Assembly (NCBI GenBank): GCA_045541255.1 | Contig: JAZQIU010000006.1 | Location: 43,663 to 107,662, forward strand | Direction of reading: 5' to 3' | DNA: 64,000 bases | Source of the DNA: Bacilli bacterium | Lineage (GTDB): Bacteria; Bacillota_I; Bacilli_A; RF39; UBA660 | Shown here: piece by piece, positions 1 to 9,609 of the stretch | Position numbering within the stretch: the first letter of the stretch is position 1 | Layout: every line of letters begins with the position of its first letter | Position numbers and translations under genes: made by a program | Notes under the pieces: generated by a model | Database searches by the model: none | The model's input: the letters and a program-made list of their open reading frames with translations, nothing else | Told to the model about the DNA's origin: nothing

Positions 1-659
1 TGTTTCTTTGCTAATGCTTTAAGTTCTTTTCCTTGCTTATCCCCTATTTCAAATGCAATTAAATTCTTTTTATTTAAATAACTCTTACAAGTAGATAAAA
101 TATGTTTATAATATTTTAATCCTAAATCTTCTGCATATATAGCATTTTTTGGTTCGTATTTAATAGAATCATCTACTTCATCTTCATTTGTAATATATGG
201 AGGATTTGATATTAATATATCGTATTTATTTACTGGTTTAAATTTAAATATATCTTCATGTATAAAAGTAATATTTGCTTTATTTTGTTTAGCATTCTTT
301 TTAGCAACTCTTAAAGCTTTTCTACTTATATCTAAACTAGATACATTTAAGTTTTCTAACTCTTTTTTTAACACTATACTAATACATCCAGACCCTGTTC
401 CTAAATCTAATAATGATTTGTTTGTTAGATTAAGTTTCTTTATATATTCTATTGTTTTTTCTACTAATGTTTCTGTTTCAAATCTTGGTATTAAAACGTT
501 TTTATTAACATTAATGATATAACCATAGAAATTTACATTACCTATTAAGTATTGTACTGGGTAATTTTTTGATAATTTTTTTACTACTCTTTTTAAATTA
601 GAATATTTTGCTTTTAATAACTTCCAATCATTTGTTGTAATATTCTTTGGTTTTTCCAT
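1..659 (-). CDS. prmC: Release factor glutamine N5-methyltransferase PrmC/HemK, 3'-truncated by the window edge. Start ATG at 657-659 overlaps the prfA stop (TAATG).
   Basis: Reverse translation gives [15 protein letters not shown]...LDLGTGSGCISI (AdoMet motif) ...LISNPPYIT (NPPY catalytic motif). It lies immediately downstream of prfA as in most bacteria. It is absent from the ORF track because it is partial. Confidence 0.75.
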   Translation of the reverse strand, partial: MEKPKNITTNDWKLLKAKYSNLKRVVKKLSKNYPVQYLIGNVNFYGYIINVNKNVLIPRFETETLVEKTIEYIKKLNLTNKSLLDLGTGSGCISIVLKKELENLNVSSLDISRKALRVAKKNAKQNKANITFIHEDIFKFKPVNKYDILISNPPYITNEDEVDDSIKYEPKNAIYAEDLGLKYYKHILSTCKSYLNKKNLIAFEIGDKQGKELKALAKK

Positions 660-1714
660 TATTTTCCTTCAAGTTTCATTCTTTGGTCTTCTGTTATTAA
701 AGCATTTATTATTTCATCTACGTTACCTTCCATAACTCTATCTAAGTTCATAACAGAAAAATTTATTCTATGGTCTGTAACTCTATTTTGTGGATAGTTG
801 TAAGTTCTTATCTTTTCCGATCTATCTCCAGTACCTATTTTACTACGTCTTTCTGCACCTTCAGCTTCTAATTGTTCTTGCATTTTTTTGTCATAAAGAC
901 GTGTTTTTAATATTTTAATTGCTTTTTCTTTATTCTTTATTTGACTTCTTTCAGTTTGTGAGTAAACGATTATTCCTGTAGGAATATGTGTTAATCTTAC
1001 TGCTGAATCTGTTGTATTAACTCCTTGTCCCCCACAACCACTACTTCTTGTAACGTCAACTCTAACTTCACTCATATCTAATTCGAAATCAAAGTCATCA
1101 GCTTCAGGCATAACTAATACAGTAGCAGTTGATGTATGAACTCTACCTTGAGTTTCTGTTGCTGGTACTCTTTGTACTCTGTGTGAACCACTTTCAAATT
1201 TTAATTTTGAATAAACATTTTCGCCTTTGATAGAAAATTCTATTTGTGAGAATCCTCCACTTGTACCTTCATCTGCATTGTTAACTTCTATTTTCCAACC
1301 ATTTTTTTCTGCATATTTAGAATACATTCTAAATAAATCTCCAGCAAATATGTTAGCTTCATCTCCACCTGCTGCACCTCTTATTTCCATAATAATGTCT
1401 TTACCATCGTTTTCATCTTTAGGAATTAAAAGAATTTCGATTTCTTTAATTAATTCTTCTTTTCTTGATTCATTTGCTTCTAATTCCATTTTTGCCATTG
1501 CAGCCATTTCAGGATCGTTTACCATATCCTTTAATCCGTTGATTTCTTCTTCAACACTTACTAGTTCTTCATATTTTTTTACTGTCACTTCTAAATCACT
1601 ATGTTCTTTAGAAATTTTCTTCATATTGTTGTAATCTGACATAAGTTCTGGATTAAGTAATTCTTGTGATAATTCGTCATATCTGGCTTTTATTAATTCT
1701 AATCTTTCTATCAC
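659..1714 (-). CDS. prfA: Peptide chain release factor 1.
   Basis: 351 aa with GGQ motif ([16 protein letters not shown]) and RF1-specific PAT tripeptide (VPATETQGR). Conserved prfA–prmC pairing. Confidence 0.9.
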   Translation of the reverse strand: MIERLELIKARYDELSQELLNPELMSDYNNMKKISKEHSDLEVTVKKYEELVSVEEEINGLKDMVNDPEMAAMAKMELEANESRKEELIKEIEILLIPKDENDGKDIIMEIRGAAGGDEANIFAGDLFRMYSKYAEKNGWKIEVNNADEGTSGGFSQIEFSIKGENVYSKLKFESGSHRVQRVPATETQGRVHTSTATVLVMPEADDFDFELDMSEVRVDVTRSSGCGGQGVNTTDSAVRLTHIPTGIIVYSQTERSQIKNKEKAIKILKTRLYDKKMQEQLEAEGAERRSKIGTGDRSEKIRTYNYPQNRVTDHRINFSVMNLDRVMEGNVDEIINALITEDQRMKLEGK

Positions 1715-1736
1715 TTAAAAAACCTCCTTTGTAAAT

Positions 1737-2189
1737 TTATGCTATTTCATTTTCTTCATTTTCATCTAATATAACTAAATCTTTTAAATCGTCTTCAGCG
1801 TCATCATCGTCAACTAATTCTTCATCATAATTAATTGTTTCTTCTTCCTCTTCATCTTCATTAGTTTCTTCTACTTCATCTAATATTTCTTCGTCATCAT
1901 CTTCGTCATCAATTATTAATTTAGTAGAATGATTTATTTTTAAATCCCAATATCCTTTTTCTACCATAATAAATCTTTTATCTGTAGATAATAATTCAAA
2001 GAAGTCAGCTAAATGTTCTTCAAAAGCTGAATCTCCTAAATTCATAACTTTTATAACTTCTTTAAATAAATCTTGTATTTTCATTTTCTTTTGATTATTT
2101 TCTAATATTAAGTATGCAACATCATCATAAGACATAGTTGCTAATTCTTCTTCAGTTAAATTTATTTTTTTCATAAATAACTCCTCCAT
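1737..2189 (-). CDS. rpoE: RNA polymerase delta subunit (RpoE-like): N-terminal HARE-HTH-like domain plus a long poly-acidic tail.
   Basis: N-terminus resembles Firmicute RpoE (short helical domain). C-terminal half is a D/E-rich low-complexity tail, as in Bacillus delta factor. Confidence 0.55.
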   Translation of the reverse strand: MEELFMKKINLTEEELATMSYDDVAYLILENNQKKMKIQDLFKEVIKVMNLGDSAFEEHLADFFELLSTDKRFIMVEKGYWDLKINHSTKLIIDDEDDDEEILDEVEETNEDEEEEETINYDEELVDDDDAEDDLKDLVILDENEENEIA

Positions 2190-2259
2190 TTATAAATACT
2201 TATATGTACTTAAAACAAATATAATTTTATCATAAGATATATTATTGTCAACTACTTTT

Positions 2260-2631
2260 TTATATATACTCTATAGTTATTATATTAACAATATTTTCTT
2301 CTGTTTCTATTTTATATTTTATAGATATTATATTGTCTATTTTTTTATTTTCTATTACATTTATATTTAAATTTAAACTCATATTTTGTGGTTTTAATAT
2401 TATTTTACATATATTATTTTTTAAATCTAATGAAACTATATCTTCTTCTGTTTCTTTAATAAAAATATTATTATCATATGAATATTTTATACCATCAATA
2501 ACAAATGTTATTTTATTAAAACTTTCTATGCATTTTATATTCTTTTTATCTATTATAGTTTCTTCATTTTTTTCTAATTTAAAATTTATTAACTTCATAG
2601 TATCTCTTTCCTTTGTGATAGATTTTATCAT
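2260..2631 (-). CDS. Hypothetical small protein (123 aa; probable true start at internal Met MKLINF...).
   Basis: Intact ORF with its own upstream AT-rich promoter region. No recognisable motif. Confidence 0.35.
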   Translation of the reverse strand: MIKSITKERDTMKLINFKLEKNEETIIDKKNIKCIESFNKITFVIDGIKYSYDNNIFIKETEEDIVSLDLKNNICKIILKPQNMSLNLNINVIENKKIDNIISIKYKIETEENIVNIITIEYI

Positions 2632-2696
2632 ACTTTGTATAAAAATGCACTTATATTTAAAAAAATATTTTACATAATATTTTTAGGTGATTTCTT

Positions 2697-4607
2697 TTGA
2701 AAAAAATTAAATTTGGTTTTAAATTATGTATATTTGCTTTAATCTCTTTTATTGTATGCATGAGTTGTTTATATGTTTATGCATATTTATCTGGTGGAAT
2801 AGATATTAAAACTAGCAATTCATTTTATATATATGATAATAAGGAAGAATTAGTATATCAAGGTTCAGGTAATAGTGAATGGGTGGATTTGGAAGATGTT
2901 AGTCCTTATTTTTTGGATGCTATTGTAAGTACTGAAGATAAGTATTTTTATAAACATATGGGTTTTGATTATTTAAGAATTGCAAAATCTCTTTATACTA
3001 ATATTAAAAATGGTTATATTTCTCAGGGTGGTAGTACTATAAGTCAACAATATGTTAAGAATATGTATTTAGACTTTGATAAAACATGGTCTAGAAAAAT
3101 ACAAGAAGCTTTTTTAACTTTAAAATTAGAAACACATTATAGTAAAGAAGATATTTTAGAGGGTTATATAAATACTATTAATTTTGGTCAAGGTTGTTAT
3201 GGAGTTAGTGAAGCAAGTAAGTATTATTTTAATAAGAGTGCTAGTGAACTTAGTTTAGAAGAAGCTATTATTCTTGCTGGTATACCTAAAGCTCCTAATA
3301 CTTATAATCCAGTAGCAAATTATGAAAAAGCTGTTAAAAGAGGAAAGATTGTTGCTGAATGTATGTTAAATAATGAAAAAATAGATAGAAATACATATGA
3401 TAATTTATTTAAAACTACTTTAACTATTCATGGGAAAAGTGATTTAAATAATTTACAAACTCTTATGTATTATCAGGATGCTGTTATGAATGAGTTAGAA
3501 TCTTTACATGGTATTCCTAGTAGTTTAATAGAATCTGGTGGTTTAAAAATATATACTAATTTAGATATTGATTCTCAAACTAAATTAGAAAAATCAATTA
3601 TAGATAATATGCAAGATGATGAGATACAAGTAGCAAGTGTTATTGTTGAACCAAGTAGCGGAAAGATTATGGCATTAGCAGGTGGTAAAGATTATAAAAC
3701 TAGTCAATATAATCGTGTTACTAGCGCTAAAAGACAAGTAGGTTCAACTATTAAACCTTTCCTTTATTATGCTGCATTAGAAAATAACATGACTAGTGCT
3801 TCAACTTTCTTAAGTGAAAAAACTGATTTTGTTTTTTCTAATAGTCAAACTTATAGTCCAACAAATTATGCCGATAAGTATGCAAATACTGATATTACTA
3901 TGGCTGCTGCTTTAGCATACTCTGACAATGTATATGCAGTTAAAACACATTTATTTTTAGGAGAAGAAACTTTAGTTGAAACTATGAAAACAGTTGGTTT
4001 AGAAGAAGAATTAGAAGCGATACCATCATTAGCATTAGGTAGTAAAGAAATTAATATGTTAGATTATGCAGTTGCATATAATACACTAGCAAGTGGCGGT
4101 TTTAAACAGGATGTTTATTTGATAGATAGAGTTGAAGATTTACATGGTAATGTTTTATATCAACATAAACAAAAAAGAGAATTAGTTTTAAATACTAATT
4201 ATCTATATATTTTGAATGAGATGATGAGTAATACATATAATGAAAATTTTATTAGTTATAACTCTCCTACTGCCTTATCTATTAAAAATAAATTAACTAA
4301 AAAATATGCGATTAAAAGTGGTTCAACAAATAATGATTATTGGTTAGTAGGTTATAATCCTGATGTTATGATGATGGTTTGGACTGGTGAAGATAATAAT
4401 AAGGATGTTGAATCTAATTATTCTAAAATAACGAAAAATATATGGGCTGATACAGTAGAAAGTATATTAGAAGGAAAAGAAGAAACATGGTATAATCAAC
4501 CACAAAATGTAGATGCTGTATATTTGGATGCAGTAACTGGTGAATATACCACTCAAGATAATGGTTCTTTATTTTATTTTTTGAAAGGCACGGAGCCTGT
4601 AAATTAA
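2697..4607 (+). CDS. Class A bifunctional penicillin-binding protein (GT51 transglycosylase plus transpeptidase), TTG start.
   Basis: N-terminal TM helix; GT51 motifs EDKYFYKHMGFD and QGGSTISQQ; transpeptidase SxxK (STIKP). RBS AGGTGA 7 nt upstream of TTG at 2697. Confidence 0.8.
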   Translation: MKKIKFGFKLCIFALISFIVCMSCLYVYAYLSGGIDIKTSNSFYIYDNKEELVYQGSGNSEWVDLEDVSPYFLDAIVSTEDKYFYKHMGFDYLRIAKSLYTNIKNGYISQGGSTISQQYVKNMYLDFDKTWSRKIQEAFLTLKLETHYSKEDILEGYINTINFGQGCYGVSEASKYYFNKSASELSLEEAIILAGIPKAPNTYNPVANYEKAVKRGKIVAECMLNNEKIDRNTYDNLFKTTLTIHGKSDLNNLQTLMYYQDAVMNELESLHGIPSSLIESGGLKIYTNLDIDSQTKLEKSIIDNMQDDEIQVASVIVEPSSGKIMALAGGKDYKTSQYNRVTSAKRQVGSTIKPFLYYAALENNMTSASTFLSEKTDFVFSNSQTYSPTNYADKYANTDITMAAALAYSDNVYAVKTHLFLGEETLVETMKTVGLEEELEAIPSLALGSKEINMLDYAVAYNTLASGGFKQDVYLIDRVEDLHGNVLYQHKQKRELVLNTNYLYILNEMMSNTYNENFISYNSPTALSIKNKLTKKYAIKSGSTNNDYWLVGYNPDVMMMVWTGEDNNKDVESNYSKITKNIWADTVESILEGKEETWYNQPQNVDAVYLDAVTGEYTTQDNGSLFYFLKGTEPVN

Positions 4608-4610
4608 AAA

Positions 4611-4640
4611 AATTAACATATAATGTTAATTTTTATTTTT
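4611..4640. terminator. Bidirectional rho-independent terminator between convergent genes.
   Basis: Hairpin attaacat/atgttaat followed by TTTTATTTTT; the complement gives a T-rich run for the minus-strand gene. Confidence 0.45.
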
Positions 4641-5781
4641 CAAAGATAATTTTTGCTCCACTCTCTAACTCAATGTCTTTTATATAATTATATACATCTT
4701 TATTTGGGTTTAAATTAATATTCTTCACTTTATCAAAAACCTCTAATGTTTTTATAGTTGTTATATCATTAATTTTATTTCTATCAATCACATATAAATT
4801 ATTTTTATCATCTATAATTAATTCAAAACTCTTATCATCATTATAAGAAGCATAATCTTTAGAAACTTTTAAATAATATTTTACTTTTATATTAGAATTA
4901 TTATTTCTTACATTTTGTAAAATACCATCATAATTAATATTTATTATATCATCATAAGGATTGCATGTATTATCTAGTCTATTAATATAATTAAGATTTT
5001 CATCATCATAATAAGATTTTACAAATTTTTCTACTTCAATCAATTTGTTGTTAGTTAAAACAAAAATATTTTTTCCAATTTCAAAATAAATAAGAGTTTG
5101 TGCATCACAATCGACAGGATAATTAACAAATTTAATATTAATTATTGGTTCTAAATTTTTAATTTTGTTATATTCATAACTATTATATATTTCATTAGTT
5201 AATATATATTCATTATTATCATTATTCTTAGTAAATTCATTTCCCACTATTATTCGATATATATTATTATCACTAGTCACAACTACAAATGATTCTATCA
5301 ACTCTTCAAAAGAATCAATATAAAACATTTTAACATCATTTGTAATCTTTTTATCATATATCCATTCTCCAGAAATATTCCATAATAATTTATTATTTTC
5401 TATTTTTACAAAATTATATGGTTTAAATTTTTTGTTGCTATCTTCATTTAATTTAAATTTATTATATAAACTACACCCCTCTTCAAAGCATAAATACTCA
5501 TCATCATTATAATCTTTCATAGTAAAATATTTATTGTATAAATATTCATAATCCCATAAAATTTGATAATAATTTGACATATCATTTGGTAATAAATCAT
5601 TAATTAATGATTCTTCTATCTTTAAAATGGTAGTAGTTGTTGTAGTGTTATCATAATTAGGAGCTGTTTTATCCACTTTTAAAAAGTTATCATAAACTAC
5701 ATATCCAATTATTCCTAATACTAAAACTATTATTATTATAATTATCCAAATTAAACTTTTATTTTTGTTCTTTTCTTCCAT
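4633..5781 (-). CDS. Hypothetical membrane-anchored surface protein (382 aa). N-terminal signal-anchor, then an N/Y/K/D-rich extracytoplasmic domain.
   Basis: MEEKNKNKSLIWIIIIIIVLVLGIIGYVV TM segment; Thr-run linker; RBS GGAGAG 5 nt upstream of ATG (5779-5781). No homology recognised. Confidence 0.5.
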   Translation of the reverse strand: MEEKNKNKSLIWIIIIIIVLVLGIIGYVVYDNFLKVDKTAPNYDNTTTTTTILKIEESLINDLLPNDMSNYYQILWDYEYLYNKYFTMKDYNDDEYLCFEEGCSLYNKFKLNEDSNKKFKPYNFVKIENNKLLWNISGEWIYDKKITNDVKMFYIDSFEELIESFVVVTSDNNIYRIIVGNEFTKNNDNNEYILTNEIYNSYEYNKIKNLEPIINIKFVNYPVDCDAQTLIYFEIGKNIFVLTNNKLIEVEKFVKSYYDDENLNYINRLDNTCNPYDDIININYDGILQNVRNNNSNIKVKYYLKVSKDYASYNDDKSFELIIDDKNNLYVIDRNKINDITTIKTLEVFDKVKNINLNPNKDVYNYIKDIELESGAKIIFEK

Positions 5782-5862
5782 ATTTACTCTCCATTCTATG
5801 AATTTATATTACCATAAATATATTTTTAATAACATGAATTGTCAGTGTTATATTTTATTTAG

Positions 5863-5891
5863 ATTATCCCCCCCCCGAATATTTTTGTCAA
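5863..5891 (-). promoter_or_regulatory. Sigma-A-type promoter for the surface-protein gene, with the G9 tract inside the spacer.
   Basis: Minus strand reads TTGACA (5891-5886), then 17 nt (aaaatattc plus G8), then GATAAT (5868-5863). Start codon is ~80 nt downstream. Confidence 0.5.
5868..5876. repeat. C9 homopolymer (G9 on the minus strand) in a ~25% GC genome.
   Basis: Read directly: agattatCCCCCCCCCgaatat. It is the only G/C run of 6 or more that I could find in the window. Confidence 0.9.
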
Positions 5892-5894
5892 ATA

Positions 5895-5930
5895 AAAAAA
5901 GAGTTGTTATAATTTAACAATTCTTTTATT
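5895..5930 (-). terminator. parB terminator (palindromic, can act on both strands).
   Basis: Minus-strand hairpin aagaattgtta/taacaactctt followed by TTTTTTTATTT, immediately after the parB stop. Confidence 0.45.
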
Positions 5931-6945
5931 TTTCTATTTTAATAATTATTTGATATAAATCTTCAAAGTCGTAATCTTCAGTTTCTATTTGGAAACCAGC
6001 ATCTTTGATTTCTGTTTCTATATCTTTTAGAGAATTAATAACTGAGTTTAAATCTCCTGAAATTATTCTTTTTTTAGTTTCTTTTACTTCTTCTTTTGGT
6101 TCTTCTATATCTTCTATTTTAAATTCTTCAGCTGTAGGAATATCAAATATTTCATATTTATCTTGTAGTGTTTTTTTAGAATCTATTATTAATTGTGCTA
6201 TATCATCATTTTCTACAGTTGGTTCATTGTTATTAAAATCTAATGTTTCTATTTGATTTAATAAATTTTTATTTGTATCATTGTTTAATATATCAAATCT
6301 AGATGATGTTCCTGTTGATTCTGTAGATTCTGTTTCTTTATTTAAAACCTTTTTAATTTCAGCATCTAATTGTCTTACTGTATATCTATTATCAATAATT
6401 TTATTTAACATATTAATTTGATCATCTTTATCACTTAATTGTAATAAACTTCTTGCATGTCTTTCACTTATTTTTTCATTCATTAAGGCATCTTGAACTT
6501 CTTCAGTTAAGTTTAATAATCTTACTTTATTTGCTACTGAAGATTGAGATATACCTAATCTTTTTGCTAAAACTTCTTGAGTTAAATATCCTCTATCTAA
6601 TAATTTCTTATATGATTTTGCTTCTTCTATTGCAGAAAGATTACGTCTTTGTAAGTTTTCTACTAACGCTACTTCAGCTGATGCGTTATCATCTAAGTCA
6701 GCAATAATTGCTGGAACTTGATTTAATCCTGCAATTTGACTTGCTTTATATCTTCTTTCTCCTGCTATTATTTCAAATTTATCATTTGCTAATTTTCTTA
6801 ATACTAATGGTTGAATTATTCCGTGTTCTTTAATAGACATCGCTAACTCTTTTAATGCGTTTTCATCAAATGTTAATCTTGGTTGAAATCTATTTGGAAT
6901 AATACTTTCTACATTTATATATTGAACGTTTGGTTCTAATTTCAT
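5926..6945 (-). CDS. parB: ParB/Spo0J-family partition protein (339 aa). No adjacent parA/soj.
   Basis: ParB N-terminal box (PNRFQPR...GIIQPL...GERRYKAS), HTH (LTQEVLAKRLGISQSSVANKVRLL) and an acidic C-terminal region. It sits next to rsmG as in the Firmicute gidB-noc-soj-spo0J locus. Confidence 0.8.
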   Translation of the reverse strand: MKLEPNVQYINVESIIPNRFQPRLTFDENALKELAMSIKEHGIIQPLVLRKLANDKFEIIAGERRYKASQIAGLNQVPAIIADLDDNASAEVALVENLQRRNLSAIEEAKSYKKLLDRGYLTQEVLAKRLGISQSSVANKVRLLNLTEEVQDALMNEKISERHARSLLQLSDKDDQINMLNKIIDNRYTVRQLDAEIKKVLNKETESTESTGTSSRFDILNNDTNKNLLNQIETLDFNNNEPTVENDDIAQLIIDSKKTLQDKYEIFDIPTAEEFKIEDIEEPKEEVKETKKRIISGDLNSVINSLKDIETEIKDAGFQIETEDYDFEDLYQIIIKIEK

Positions 6946-7029
6946 AAGCCCCTACTCCTATTCTATATATAATAATACTTTATTTTGATCGAATTTTCAA
7001 TAGCAAAATAAAAAGAAACTCATTTAAAA

Positions 7030-7734
7030 TTATAATGGTTTCTTTAGTATTTGATTATATTGTCTAGGATATTTTTTATCTGTATTTTTAATTTTTTTGA
7101 TTAATATAAAGTTTCTAATACCTTCATTGTTTGGGAGATTTATATTTTTAGTAGTTAAGTATTCTCCACCCAATATATTTATTCCTTTTAGGCTATTGTT
7201 TAATTCTTCTTCATAGTCAGCTTTCATTGCTATAAATTGTCCGTTAATACTAACGAATGGAATAGATAATTCTATCAATACCGGAAGATTCTTTACTGCT
7301 CTTGCAGTTACTAAATCATAGTATTCTCTTCTTTCGTTGATAAATTCTTCTGCTCTATTGTTAATAACTTCTACGTTTTCAACATTTAAAATATCAATTA
7401 GATTTTTACAAAATGTTGTTTTTTTATTATTTGAATCTAATAAAGTTAATTTGATATGAGGAAAAACTATTTTTAAAACTAATCCTGGGAATCCAGCTCC
7501 GCATCCTATATCTAACATATTTTCTATATTATTAAAGTCTATTGTTTGAGATAAAAGTATAGAATCATAAAAATGTTTTAAATATACACTTTCTTTATCA
7601 GTTATAGATGTTACATTAGTATGTGAATTATATTCTACTAAATAATCATAATATTTTAATAGTTGTTGTTTTTGAATTTCAGTTAATTTGATATTTAACT
7701 TTTCTAATTCTTTATAAAATTCTAATTCATTCAT
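7030..7734 (-). CDS. rsmG: 16S rRNA (guanine527-N7)-methyltransferase RsmG (GidB).
   Basis: AdoMet fold motif DIGCGAGFPG; conserved position downstream of mnmG. Confidence 0.85.
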   Translation of the reverse strand: MNELEFYKELEKLNIKLTEIQKQQLLKYYDYLVEYNSHTNVTSITDKESVYLKHFYDSILLSQTIDFNNIENMLDIGCGAGFPGLVLKIVFPHIKLTLLDSNNKKTTFCKNLIDILNVENVEVINNRAEEFINERREYYDLVTARAVKNLPVLIELSIPFVSINGQFIAMKADYEEELNNSLKGINILGGEYLTTKNINLPNNEGIRNFILIKKIKNTDKKYPRQYNQILKKPL

Positions 7735-9607
7735 TTTTACTATATTCCTTTTTTAAATATATTGCCAGTATAGATAAATCTGCTGGGTTTACTCCACTAA
7801 TTCTTGCTGCTTGTGCCATAGTTTCTGGCATTACTGCTTTTAATTTTTGTTTTGCTTCACTAGCTAAGTTTGCTACTTTATCATAATCAATATCTTTAGG
7901 TATTTGTTTAGATTCTAACTTTAATAATTTATCTACTTCTTTTAATTCTTTATTTATGTATCCTTCATATTTAATTAAAATTTCTACTTGATTATATACT
8001 TCTTTGTCATATTTATTTTCTATTATATTTTCTTGTAATAATAAGTCTATATTTATTTCAGGACGTTTTAAGAATAAGTAAAGATTTGTACCTGATGCTA
8101 ATTCAGTAGATTGCATTTTATCTAAAATAACTGGTGTTATATTTTTATTATTTATTTTTGTATTTTTTAATTTTTCCAATAAAGTATTAATATCTTGTTC
8201 TTTTTTTATAAGTTTTTGATATTTTTCTTCACTTATTAAACCAGCTTCGTACCCATATTTTCTTAATCTTAAATCTGCATTATCATGTCTTAATAGAAGT
8301 CTAAATTCTGCTCTGCTAGTTAACATTCTATATGGTTCTTTTGTCCCTTTTGTTACTAAATCGTCTATTAAAACTCCAATATATGATTCGTTACGTTTTA
8401 ATATTAATGGGTTTTGATTTTTTAGTTTTTTTACTGCATTAATACCAGCAATTAAACCTTGCCCTGCTGCTTCTTCATAACCGCTTGTACCGTTTATTTG
8501 TCCGGCAGTAAATAAATTTTCTATTACTTTAGTTTCTAGAGATGGTTTTAATTGTAAAGGATTAATTGCATCATATTCTATTGCATACGCATATTTTAAA
8601 ATACGAGCGTTTTCTAATCCTGGTAAACTATGAACCATTTTTTCTTGTACATCAGTTGGCATACTTGTTGAAAAACCTTGTAAATATAAATCATCATAAT
8701 ATAAGCTTTCGGGTTCTAAGAATAATTGATGTTTTTCTTTATCTGCAAATCTTACTATTTTATCTTCTATAGAAGGACAATATCTAGGTCCTATACCTTC
8801 AGCATAACCACCATACATTGCACTTCTTGATAAATTTTCTTTTATTATATTATGGGTATTTTCATTAGTATAAACTAAATAACATTTTTCTTGTTTATCT
8901 TTATCATATGATATTTCGTTTTCACAATTAAAAGTCCAGTATTCATCGTCTCCTACTTCTTCTTTTAATTTTGAGAAATCTACAGAATTTTTATCAATTC
9001 TTTGAGGAGTACCTGTTTTTAATCTTAAAATATCAAAACCTAAATCTTTTAATTTATCACTTAAGAATTGTGAACGTCTTTCTCCATGAGGACCTTCTAA
9101 TTTATTTGTGTTTCCTATTAAAATTTTACTTTTTAAATAAGTTCCTGTTGTTAAAATTAAAGCATCACAATAAATTTCTTTTCCATCATCTAATATAATA
9201 CCTTTTATTTTATTATTTTCAACAATTAAGTCTTCTACCATACTTTCAAGAATAGTTAAGTTTTCTGTATTTTTTAATTCTTTTAACATATTTTGAGGGT
9301 ATGTAATTTTATCTGCTTGTGCCCTTAAAGATCTAACTGCAGGGCCTTTACCATTATTTAACATTTTTATTTGAATATGGCTCTTGTCTGCAACTTTACC
9401 CATTAATCCACCTAAAGCATCTATATCACGCACTATAATACCTTTTGCTGTTCCACCAATTGATGGATTACATGGCATATCTCCAATATTTTTTATATTA
9501 GAAGTTATTAATGCTGTATTCATTCCCATAGATGCTGTAGCATGACATGCTTCACATCCAGCGTGTCCACCACCTACTACTATTACATCATACTTCATGT
9601 ATGTCAC
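7727..9607 (-). CDS. mnmG: tRNA uridine-5-carboxymethylaminomethyl synthesis enzyme MnmG (GidA).
   Basis: FAD-binding N-terminus (YDVIVVGGGHAGCEA); 626 aa. Confidence 0.9.
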   Translation of the reverse strand: MTYMKYDVIVVGGGHAGCEACHATASMGMNTALITSNIKNIGDMPCNPSIGGTAKGIIVRDIDALGGLMGKVADKSHIQIKMLNNGKGPAVRSLRAQADKITYPQNMLKELKNTENLTILESMVEDLIVENNKIKGIILDDGKEIYCDALILTTGTYLKSKILIGNTNKLEGPHGERRSQFLSDKLKDLGFDILRLKTGTPQRIDKNSVDFSKLKEEVGDDEYWTFNCENEISYDKDKQEKCYLVYTNENTHNIIKENLSRSAMYGGYAEGIGPRYCPSIEDKIVRFADKEKHQLFLEPESLYYDDLYLQGFSTSMPTDVQEKMVHSLPGLENARILKYAYAIEYDAINPLQLKPSLETKVIENLFTAGQINGTSGYEEAAGQGLIAGINAVKKLKNQNPLILKRNESYIGVLIDDLVTKGTKEPYRMLTSRAEFRLLLRHDNADLRLRKYGYEAGLISEEKYQKLIKKEQDINTLLEKLKNTKINNKNITPVILDKMQSTELASGTNLYLFLKRPEINIDLLLQENIIENKYDKEVYNQVEILIKYEGYINKELKEVDKLLKLESKQIPKDIDYDKVANLASEAKQKLKAVMPETMAQAARISGVNPADLSILAIYLKKEYSKNE

Positions 9608-9609
9608 CT

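Noticed and set aside
1227-1634. Antisense or out-of-frame ORFs from the six-frame track. Examples: 1227-1634, 2333-2677, 6005-6256, 6453-6707, 8566-8772, 8971-9198, 9542-9820, 10100-10441, 16730-16975, 18714-18941, 21577-21801, 23739-24008, 24087-24335, 24747-24962, 28254-28496, 30623-30805, 31736-32029, 31980-32168, 39147-39329, 45508-45774, 50651-50842, 52777-53010, 53314-53772, 53739-53969, 58040-58288, 60556-60753, 61414-61707.
   Set aside because: Each lies entirely within a well-supported gene on the other strand or frame and encodes low-complexity, I/L/F/S-rich sequence typical of shadow ORFs in AT-rich DNA. None has an RBS or a motif.
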